A DNA stretch of 33,516 bases, taken from positions 1-33,516 of the forward strand of contig JAQXJQ010000144.1 in NCBI GenBank assembly GCA_029009035.1, read 5' to 3'. The notes beneath the pieces were generated by a model, which made no database searches, had not been told where the DNA came from, and saw only the letters and a program-made list of their open reading frames with translations. Each line of letters opens with the position of its first letter. Position 1 is the first letter of the stretch. The position numbers and the translations under genes are program-made. Shown one piece after another: positions 17,843 to 24,918 of the stretch. The DNA comes from Oscillospiraceae bacterium. GTDB taxonomy: Bacteria; Bacillota; Clostridia; Oscillospirales; Oscillospiraceae.

Positions 17843-19814
17843 CAAGAAGTTTTATATCACCACTCCCATCTACTACCCCAGCGACAAGCTGCACATCGGC
17901 CACGCCTACTGCACCGTGGCCACCGACTCCATCGCCCGCTACAAGCGCCTGCAGGGCTACGATGTGATGTTCCTCACCGGCACCGACGAGCACGGACAGA
18001 AGATCGAGTCCAAGGCCAGCGCCGCCGGCGTCACCCCACAGCAGTTCGTGGACAACATCGTGGACGGCCCCCGGGGGGTCAAGGACCTGTGGAAGCTGAT
18101 GAACATCTCCAACGACCGCTTCATCCGCACCACCGACGACTACCATGTGGAGTCCATCCAGAAAATTTTCAAGAAGATGTACGAGAACGGCGACATCTAC
18201 AAGGGCTCCTACAAGGGCAAGTACTGCAAGGACTGCGAGGCCTTCTGGACCGAGACCCAGCTGGTGGACGGCAAGTGCCCCGACTGCGGCCGCGAGGTCA
18301 TGGACGCCGAGGAGGAGGCCTACTTCTTCCGCCTGAGCAAGTACGCCGACCGGGTGCAGGATCTGCTGGAGAACACCGACTTCCTGGAGCCCCGCTCCCG
18401 GGTCAACGAGATGGTGAACAACTTCATCAAGCCCGGTCTGGAGGACCTGTGCGTGTCCCGCACCTCCTTCTCCTGGGGCGTGCCCGTGGATTTCGACCCC
18501 GGCCACGTGGTCTATGTGTGGGTGGACGCCCTGTTCAACTATATGACCGCCCTGGGCTTCCTCAACGGGAAGTATGACGATGTGGACAAGTTCTGGCCCG
18601 CCGATGTGCACATCGTGGGCAAGGAGATCGTCCGCTTCCACTCCATCATCTGGCCCGCCATGCTCATGAGCATGGGTCTGCCCCTGCCCAAGAAGGTGTT
18701 CGGCCACGGCTGGCTGCTGCTGGACGGCGGCAAGATGTCCAAGTCCAAGGGCAATGTGGTGGACCCCTATATCCTGGCCGAGAAGTTCGGCGTGGACGCC
18801 CTGCGCTTCTTCCTCATGCGCACCTTCCCCTTCGGCTCCGACGGCAACTTCTCCAACGAGCTGCTCATCCAGACCATCAATGTGGACCTGGCCAACGACC
18901 TGGGCAATCTGGTGAGCCGCACCACCGCCATGGTGGGCAAGTACTTCGGCGGAAAGCTGCCCGGCGCCTGCCGTGAGTGGGCCGCGCCCGAGGCCTGCGA
19001 CACCGAACTGACCGAGATGGCCAAGGGCCTGCGCGACCGCTATCAGGCCGCCATGGACGCCTACGCCCCCCACAAGGCGCTGGACGAGGTGTTCAAGCTC
19101 ATCGCCCGCGCCAACAAGTATATCGACGAGACCATGCCCTGGGCGCTGGCCAAGGATATGGACGCCAACGGCAAGCGGCTGGCCCATGTGATGTACAACC
19201 TGCTGGAGACCACCCGCATCTGCGGCGTGCTCCTCACCCCCTTCATGCCCGAGAGCATGGACAAGCTCTTCGCCCAGATCGGCGCCTGCCCCTGCTGCCG
19301 CAGCTGGGACTCCGCCGCCCGGTGGGGCACCCTGTCTGACGAGGCCGAGCCCACCAAGGGCGAGAACCTCTTCCCCCGGGTGGACACCGAGAAGGCCCTC
19401 GCCGAGCTGGAGGCTGCCGCCGAGGCCGCCAAGAAGGCCGCGCTGCCCCCCCTGGAGATCGAGCCTTACACCGAGGAGAAGGTGGACTTTGACACCTTCT
19501 GCAAGTCCGACTTCCGGGCGGTGAAGGTCAAGGCCTGCGAGGCGGTCAAGAAGAGCGACAAGCTGCTGAAGTTCACTCTGGACGACGGCACCGGCACCGA
19601 CCGCCAGATCCTCTCCGGCATCCACAAGTTCTATGAGCCGGAGCAGCTCGTCGGCAAGACCCTGGTGGCCATCGTCAACCTGCCCCCCCGCAAGATGATG
19701 GGTCAGGAGAGCTGCGGTATGCTCCTCTCCGCCGTCCACACCGAGAAGGGCGAGGAAAAGCTCAACCTCATCATGGTGGACGACGCCATCCCCGCCGGCG
19801 CCAAGCTGTGCTGA
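17835..19814 (+). CDS. metG: Methionine--tRNA ligase with C-terminal tRNA-binding domain
   Basis: HIGH and KMSKS motifs, FLTGTDEHG, zinc knuckle CKDC...CPDC, C-terminal OB fold (NLPPRKMMGQESCGM). Confidence 0.97.
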   Translation: MSDKKFYITTPIYYPSDKLHIGHAYCTVATDSIARYKRLQGYDVMFLTGTDEHGQKIESKASAAGVTPQQFVDNIVDGPRGVKDLWKLMNISNDRFIRTTDDYHVESIQKIFKKMYENGDIYKGSYKGKYCKDCEAFWTETQLVDGKCPDCGREVMDAEEEAYFFRLSKYADRVQDLLENTDFLEPRSRVNEMVNNFIKPGLEDLCVSRTSFSWGVPVDFDPGHVVYVWVDALFNYMTALGFLNGKYDDVDKFWPADVHIVGKEIVRFHSIIWPAMLMSMGLPLPKKVFGHGWLLLDGGKMSKSKGNVVDPYILAEKFGVDALRFFLMRTFPFGSDGNFSNELLIQTINVDLANDLGNLVSRTTAMVGKYFGGKLPGACREWAAPEACDTELTEMAKGLRDRYQAAMDAYAPHKALDEVFKLIARANKYIDETMPWALAKDMDANGKRLAHVMYNLLETTRICGVLLTPFMPESMDKLFAQIGACPCCRSWDSAARWGTLSDEAEPTKGENLFPRVDTEKALAELEAAAEAAKKAALPPLEIEPYTEEKVDFDTFCKSDFRAVKVKACEAVKKSDKLLKFTLDDGTGTDRQILSGIHKFYEPEQLVGKTLVAIVNLPPRKMMGQESCGMLLSAVHTEKGEEKLNLIMVDDAIPAGAKLC

Positions 19815-19815
19815 T

Positions 19816-19851
19816 ACACTTCTCAGAAATGCAGGCATTTCTGAGAAGTGT
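19816..19851. terminator. Near-perfect palindrome after metG (terminator or mRNA processing stem)
   Basis: ACACTTCTCAGAAATGC-AG-GCATTTCTGAGAAGTGT; no U tract. Confidence 0.5.
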
Positions 19852-19952
19852 GCGCCCCCCGCACCGCGTCAGCGGGAGCCTTGCCGCCGCGGCGCTTTTC
19901 GGGCGCAAAGCACCGTGACCCCCAAAACACGAAAGGAAAAGAGGCGTTTTAT

Positions 19953-20366
19953 ATGTGGGCCGTATTTGCCCTTCTCTCCGCCCTGTTCGCCGCCCTCACC
20001 TCCATTCTGGCCAAGGTGGGCATTGAGGGCGTCCCCTCCAATCTGGCCACCGCCCTGCGCCCGGTGGTGGTGCTCGTCTTCGCCTGGGCCATGGTGTTCA
20101 TCACCGGGCAGCAGGGGGGCGTGCTGGCCATCAGCAAAAAGAGCTGGATCTTCCTCATCCTCTCCGGCCTGGCCACCGGCCTGTCCTGGCTGTGCTACTA
20201 CCGCGCCCTCCAGCTGGGGCAGGTCTCCAAGGTGGTGCCCATCGACAAGCTGAGCGTGGTCTTCACCCTGGTGCTGGCCTTCCTCTTTCTCCACGAAAAA
20301 TTCACCCCCAAATCCGCCATCGGCGTGGCCCTCATCACCGCGGGGACGCTGGTCATGGTCCTGTGA
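19953..20366 (+). CDS. EamA/DMT family small transporter (single-domain, 137 aa)
   Basis: FAALTSILAKVG, SNLATALR, LSGLATGLSWLCYYRALQLG.VSKVVPIDKLS, LHEK. Confidence 0.9.
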   Translation: MWAVFALLSALFAALTSILAKVGIEGVPSNLATALRPVVVLVFAWAMVFITGQQGGVLAISKKSWIFLILSGLATGLSWLCYYRALQLGQVSKVVPIDKLSVVFTLVLAFLFLHEKFTPKSAIGVALITAGTLVMVL

Positions 20367-20377
20367 GAGGTACGGTC

Positions 20378-21157
20378 ATGCTGTTTGACACCCACGCCCA
20401 CTATGACGCGGAACAGTTTGACCCCGACCGCCATGAGGTCCTCGCCCGCCTGCCCGAACAGGGCGTCAGCCTGGTGGTCAACCCGGGGTGTGACCTTGCC
20501 ACCTCCGCCGCAGCGGTGGAGCTGGCCCACCGCTATCCCTTCGTCTACGCTGCGGTAGGCTATCACCCCGAGACCTGCGCCCCCTATCGGCCCTCCGACC
20601 TGGAGCAGCTGCGCGCCTGGTGCCGGGACGACAAGGTGGTGGCCATCGGCGAGATCGGTCTGGACTACTACTGGGAGGAAAATCCCCCCCGTGAGCACCA
20701 GAAAGCGGTGCTCCGGGACCATCTGGCCCTGGCCCAGGAGCTGGACCTGCCCGTCATCTTCCATAACCGGGAGGCCCACGGGGACACCATGGACATCCTG
20801 CGGCAGTTCCCCCGTGTCCGGGGCGTGATGCACTGCTTCTCCGGCAGCGTGGAGATGGCCAGGGAGCTGGTGAAGATGGGCTGGATGATCTCCTTCACCG
20901 GGGTGCTCACCTACAAAAACGCCCGGAAGTCCGTGGAGGCTGCCGCCGCCGTGCCCATGGAGCGGCTGATGATCGAGACCGACAGCCCCTACATGGCCCC
21001 CGTCCCCCACCGGGGCAAGCGCTGCGACTCCTCGCTGGTCATCCACACCTGCGAGACCCTGGCGCGGATCCGTGGCCTCACCACGGAGGAATGCGCCCGC
21101 ATCACGCTGGAGAACGGCTGTCGGTTCTTCGGGATTTCTGCGCCCGAAATTTCTTGA
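20378..21157 (+). CDS. tatD: TatD-family deoxyribonuclease (YabD-like)
   Basis: DTHAH, GYHP, IGEIGLDY, HNRE, HCFSG, ETDSPY. Confidence 0.94.
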   Translation: MLFDTHAHYDAEQFDPDRHEVLARLPEQGVSLVVNPGCDLATSAAAVELAHRYPFVYAAVGYHPETCAPYRPSDLEQLRAWCRDDKVVAIGEIGLDYYWEENPPREHQKAVLRDHLALAQELDLPVIFHNREAHGDTMDILRQFPRVRGVMHCFSGSVEMARELVKMGWMISFTGVLTYKNARKSVEAAAAVPMERLMIETDSPYMAPVPHRGKRCDSSLVIHTCETLARIRGLTTEECARITLENGCRFFGISAPEIS

Positions 21158-21183
21158 CACCTCCCCCGGGCCAATGGTATACT
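21154..21183 (+). promoter_or_regulatory. Sigma-A promoter of csp, overlapping the tatD stop
   Basis: TTGACA (21154-21159), 18 nt, TATACT (21178-21183) preceded by TGG. Confidence 0.8.
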
Positions 21184-21213
21184 CCACATAGTTGTTTTGA
21201 TGTATGAACTCGC

Positions 21214-21251
21214 GCCCGCCCTTCGTACAACCACGACGGGCGGGCTTTTTT
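21214..21251 (+). terminator. Intrinsic terminator inside the csp 5' leader (putative attenuator)
   Basis: GCCCGCCC-T-TCGT-ACAACC-ACGA-C-GGGCGGGC followed by TTTTTT. Confidence 0.75.
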
Positions 21252-21292
21252 CACCTCAAAACCGCAATTCCAACCAAGGAGGTAAGTTCGCA

Positions 21293-21508
21293 ATGACCGG
21301 TATTGTCAAATGGTTCGATGCTGAGAAGGGCTACGGCTTCATCACTCCCGATGACGGCTCCGAGGACGTGTTCGTCCACTTCTCCGCCATCGTGGCTGAG
21401 GGCTACAAGAAGCTGCTGGAGGGCCAGAAGGTCTCCTTCGAGACCGAGCCCGATCCCCGCGGCGCCAAGCGCGTGCGCGCCACCAACGTGGTCGCCCAGG
21501 GCGAGTAA
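21293..21508 (+). CDS. cspA: Cold-shock domain protein
   Basis: GIVKWF, RNP1 KGYGFI, RNP2 VFVHF; 71 aa; AAGGAGGT RBS. Confidence 0.96.
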   Translation: MTGIVKWFDAEKGYGFITPDDGSEDVFVHFSAIVAEGYKKLLEGQKVSFETEPDPRGAKRVRATNVVAQGE

Positions 21509-21522
21509 GCGCTCATAGAGAG

Positions 21523-21567
21523 AAAAAAGGCTGTGGAGCTGCCGGTTGCAGCTCCACAGCCTTTTTT
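21523..21567. terminator. Bidirectional intrinsic terminator after csp
   Basis: AAAAAA-GGCTGTGGAGCTGC-CGGTT-GCAGCTCCACAGCC-TTTTTT. Confidence 0.9.
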
Positions 21568-21602
21568 AGCTTGCACAGAACGGGACTCCGCTCCGCAACG
21601 GG

Positions 21603-21997
21603 CCCTTCCGTTTGTCTCCGACGGGTGACTTTCTGGTCGACCAGAAAGTCACCAAAGAGTCGCATAAGGGTTGCACCCTTATGTATCCCGCTTGCACACT
21701 TTGGAACCATCAGCCATCTCCGGCGCACTGAGAGGGATACTCTGTTTGCTTCGCATTTGCTGCCGCACAGCTCAGTGGCAAGGCTGCCCAGCGCCCCAGG
21801 ATACCGCGCCTGCTCAGGTGCTGGGCGGAACCCCCGTTCCCCGGGGGGATACATCCAATAAGGGGGGCCGCAGCCCCCCTTGTGTTGGTCGGTGCGGGTG
21901 GGGTTTGTCAAGGGGAGGGGGAATCGAAACACCCCGCAGCGTTAAGAAAATATGCCGGTGGCATATTTTTAGCGTAGGCCGCAGCAGCTATGCTGCG
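21603..21997. repeat. Non-coding multi-hairpin element (MITE/REP-like), copy 1
   Basis: 30-bp perfect palindrome at 21624-21653 plus at least five more stems. The first 47 bp recur at 22779-22825. No credible ORF. Confidence 0.6.
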
Positions 21998-22052
21998 AGG
22001 AAAGGGCAGTTCGTCGTCAGAGGGAGGCTTTTGGTGCGTTCCACGCAGGAAC

Positions 22053-22652
22053 TCAGCGGTTCCCCTCACCGGGGGTGCCCTCCAGGAAGTAGGAGGCCTC
22101 CATGTCGGCGGTGGCCAGGGCGAAGGCGAGGGGGTACTGCTCCAATGCCTGACCCACGGTGCGGGGGTCCTCGGTGCCGGAAAAGCCCATGTGCCAGCGG
22201 ATGGCCATGGCCTCCTCCCGGGACAGGCGCATGAAGCCGGAGATGATATACACGCTCTTCTCCCCGTGGCCGTAGGGCAGTTTATCCTCAAAGTAGAAGG
22301 TGGGCACCTTCTCCCACTTGCCCGTGGCCTCGTCCTTCACATTGCGGGTGCCCGCCCGGTAGCAGCCCACCTTGCACAGGTCATGGAGCAGGGACACGAT
22401 GGCCACCGACTCCATGTCATAGTCCAGGCCGTAGACCTGCTTCACTCTGGGGCGGGCGAGAAAATCCTCCAGACAGCGAAACACATTCACGCTGTGGTCG
22501 CACAGGCCCCCGGCATAGGAGCCGTGGAACCGGGCGGAGGCAGGCGCGGTGAAAAAGTCGCTCTTGTTCATCAGGTAGTCCAGCAGCTCCTCCGACCCCT
22601 CCCGGTGGATATAGGTGCGGTAGATGTCGATAAATTCCTCTCTCGATGCCAT
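22053..22652 (-). CDS. Stand-alone HD-domain phosphohydrolase (resembles the YhaM/Cbf1 HD domain, no OB fold)
   Basis: APASARFHGSYAGGLCDHS, LLHDLCK, GHG, IRWHMG, terminal AD. GAGGAGG RBS. Confidence 0.88.
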   Translation of the reverse strand: MASREEFIDIYRTYIHREGSEELLDYLMNKSDFFTAPASARFHGSYAGGLCDHSVNVFRCLEDFLARPRVKQVYGLDYDMESVAIVSLLHDLCKVGCYRAGTRNVKDEATGKWEKVPTFYFEDKLPYGHGEKSVYIISGFMRLSREEAMAIRWHMGFSGTEDPRTVGQALEQYPLAFALATADMEASYFLEGTPGEGNR

Positions 22653-22703
22653 AAGAAGGCCCTCCTCATTCCCTGCCGCGGCGCGGCATCATTTCATGCT
22701 CTC

Positions 22704-22732
22704 ATTATAGCAGATACAAAGTCCAATGAAAA
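22704..22732 (-). promoter_or_regulatory. Extended -10 promoter of the HD gene
   Basis: Minus strand TTTTCA, 17 nt, TATAAT (22709-22704) preceded by TGC. Confidence 0.6.
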
Positions 22733-22744
22733 GGACAAAAGAAG

Positions 22745-22781
22745 GGGGCTGCTGCAGAATGCTGCGTTCTGCAGCAGCCCC
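22745..22781. terminator. 15-bp hairpin, terminator-like on the minus strand
   Basis: GGGGCTGCTGCAGAA-TGCTGCG-TTCTGCAGCAGCCCC; followed on the minus strand by CTTCTTTTG. Confidence 0.55.
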
Positions 22782-22862
22782 TTCGGTTTGTCTCCGACGG
22801 GTGACTTTCTGGTCGGGCGGAAAGTAGGCCCAGCGGAGCGTAGCCCCGAGCGCAGGCGAAAC
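22779..22862 (+). repeat. Short second copy of the 21603 element
   Basis: 22779-22825 matches 21603-21649 at 43/47 positions, with a 30-bp identical core GTTTGTCTCCGACGGGTGACTTTCTGGTCG. The right boundary is inferred. Confidence 0.75.
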
Positions 22863-22920
22863 AATCCCTTGGTCACGGCTTACGGCTTTTCCTTTTTCGG
22901 GAGAGGTTTTTTGGCGCCCC

Positions 22921-23047
22921 CCTTGGCTCTCCCTCTGGGAGAGCTGTCAGCGTGCGAGGAACGAGCCGCTGACTGAGAGGGCTGATTTGCACCCTCTCCG
23001 TCAAAAATCGAAGATTTTTGACACCTCTCCCATAGGGAGAGGCAAGG
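22921..23047. repeat. REP-like inverted doublet
   Basis: Unit A is CCTTGGCTCTCCCTCTGGGAGAGCTGTCA...TGACTGAGAGGG. Unit B, reverse-complemented, is CCTTGCCTCTCCCTATGGGAGAGGTGTCA...TGACGGAGAGGG. Confidence 0.75.
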
Positions 23048-23081
23048 CGGCTGCACCCACAATGATTGCCCCATCAACGCA

Positions 23082-23111
23082 AGGGCCCGTTGCAGTTCTG
23101 CAACGGGCCCT
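23082..23111 (-). terminator. 14-bp hairpin just after the permease stop
   Basis: AGGGCCCGTTGCAG-TT-CTGCAACGGGCCCT, 7 nt past the stop at 23119; poor U tail. Confidence 0.55.
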
Positions 23112-23118
23112 CATGGTT

Positions 23119-24918
23119 TTATTCCCCTGCAGCCGTGAGATCTTCGCCCAGGTCCAGCTCCTTGAGGAAAACGTGCTCATAGTCGGCGCTGTGCTCCGGA
23201 TACTCGGCCAGAAGGGCCTCATAGGCCTGCCGCCAGATGGGGGAGCCGTTGGGGATGCAGATGTCGCGGCTCCACCGCATGCCATTCTGGTTGCGCCACT
23301 CAAAGGAGATGCCGAAGTCCGCGCCGTCGCCGGCCAGGCTGTGGGCGCCGATCTCCCCCTTTTCATAGGCCTCCAGCACGCTCTCCCACAGCGCGCCGGC
23401 ATGGGAGGTAAGGTCCCAGCCCAGGACTCCGGCGGTGCGCAGGGTATAGCCCTCCGCCTCCAGCGCCCGGACGCCCTCGAAGTGATAGGCACGGCGGGCA
23501 AGCTCGGGATCGGAGACCAGCGCTTCGGCAGCCTCGGCAGAGCTGCCGCTGCCGTAGATATAGTAGCGGCGCTGCATTTTGCCCCCGTTCTTCAGGGTGT
23601 AGGTGATGCGCACATTGGCGCCCCAATCCGCATCCCAGTAACGGTCCTTCTTTCCCCGGTCCTCCACCGCGCCGCGATGAATCTCAGTGGCAAGGCGGAT
23701 ATATTGCTCCTCGGTGAGCTCCAGCGCGTCAAAGTCGCTGCCGCTGTCGTAGGGATAGACCGGCAGGCCGCCGATCCGAACGCTGGCCACATTCTCCACC
23801 GCGGGGATGCGGGTCTCAAACCCGGTGAGGTCCAGGATGAGCACCGCGAAGAGCAGTACAATCACTCCCGCCATGGCCACGGCGCCCTTCCACTTGCGGA
23901 AGACCTTGAAGCTCTTGTCCAGCAGCATCTGGGCCGCGAAATAGCCCACCACCGCCCAGAAGACGACGGCGACGCACAGTCCTGCCACATTCAGGGAGAG
24001 GATCTCCCGGGTGACCATGCCCAGAGTCAGGCCCGCGCAGAAGGCCACGCCGTACTTGAACACCGGGCGCATCACCGGGACGGCCACCACATCGCCGGCG
24101 CTCTCCATCTTGCGGCAGCGGTAGAGCAGCAGGGCGCACACCGCCAGCACCACGCCCACCAGAGCGTAGGCGCCCAGCATCGGCAGGCCCTCAACGGTCA
24201 CCCGCTCCGGGACATCGTAATTAAGGTTGGGGCCCCACCAGTTTTCATACCGCAAATGCTCCGCCATCATCCACGCAGGGGTGAGGGGTTCGATGACTGC
24301 GTTCCGGAAGGTGTCATTCCCCGCAAAGCCGTAGCAGAACTCCCCCATCAGCCACTCCACAATGCTGTAGAGGGTGATGGCCAGGGCGTTGAACACCCCG
24401 TAATACACGGGCAGAGCCAGAATGTGGCCGGTGAACTGGCCGATGAACATGGCGAAGGAGTAGAAAAACAGCTCCATGCCGCACAGGGTCCCCAGCCAGA
24501 ACAGCAGGCTCCCCACGACCAGGCCGCCGCCCAGGGTCTCCACCAGCAAGGTGAGGAGGAAGACCAGCACATTGGGGGCCACCAGCATGGTCAGTCCGGC
24601 CAGATAGGTGCTGATAAACTGCCCCTCCCGCCGCACGGGGAGGGCGGCCATGAAGTTGGCCGAACGGGCTGCGTACAGGTGGCTGCACATGGCCATGGCC
24701 ACCAGCGCGGAGATCCCAACGGCAAAGACCAGGTTCAGACTGTTGGCCAGCTCTCCCAGCTCCGCGGCAAAGCGGATCAGGCTCTGCCCCTGGTGGGTGA
24801 CTCCCCGCATGGGCAGCACGATGAGCCAGAAGACCAGATTGGCCGCCCACAGGGGCCAGAACCGGGTCAGAGACTTGCGGTAAAGGGTGAGATCAAAGCA
24901 TGATGTCCCGCACCGCAT
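23119..24918 (-). CDS. ABC transporter permease (YtrC/D-like) with large C-terminal soluble domain
   Basis: About 10 TM segments, ALPVRR motif, RKMESAGD..A, third gene of the GntR-ATPase operon. ATG 24918 follows GGAGGTGAGG. Confidence 0.82.
   Translation of the reverse strand: MRCGTSCFDLTLYRKSLTRFWPLWAANLVFWLIVLPMRGVTHQGQSLIRFAAELGELANSLNLVFAVGISALVAMAMCSHLYAARSANFMAALPVRREGQFISTYLAGLTMLVAPNVLVFLLTLLVETLGGGLVVGSLLFWLGTLCGMELFFYSFAMFIGQFTGHILALPVYYGVFNALAITLYSIVEWLMGEFCYGFAGNDTFRNAVIEPLTPAWMMAEHLRYENWWGPNLNYDVPERVTVEGLPMLGAYALVGVVLAVCALLLYRCRKMESAGDVVAVPVMRPVFKYGVAFCAGLTLGMVTREILSLNVAGLCVAVVFWAVVGYFAAQMLLDKSFKVFRKWKGAVAMAGVIVLLFAVLILDLTGFETRIPAVENVASVRIGGLPVYPYDSGSDFDALELTEEQYIRLATEIHRGAVEDRGKKDRYWDADWGANVRITYTLKNGGKMQRRYYIYGSGSSAEAAEALVSDPELARRAYHFEGVRALEAEGYTLRTAGVLGWDLTSHAGALWESVLEAYEKGEIGAHSLAGDGADFGISFEWRNQNGMRWSRDICIPNGSPIWRQAYEALLAEYPEHSADYEHVFLKELDLGEDLTAAGE

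Noticed and set aside
19898-19935. GGGCGCAAAGC resembling the c-di-GMP-I (GEMM) riboswitch core
   Set aside because: The upstream GGCAAA and GNRA-capped stem and the downstream receptor stem are missing.
21197-21292. In-frame 32-aa N-terminal extension of Csp
   Set aside because: It has no RBS and spans the leader terminator. The strong AAGGAGGT before 21293 and the normal Csp length favour the shorter start.
21513-22291. Short ORFs across the repeat element (21513-21932, 21571-21861, 21671-22234, 21908-22291)
   Set aside because: No RBS, atypical codon usage and no recognisable domain. They overlap palindromic non-coding DNA or the HD gene.
21603-22825. Palindromic ~30-bp repeats as a CRISPR array
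   Set aside because: Only two copies 1176 bp apart, with no regular spacers and no cas genes.
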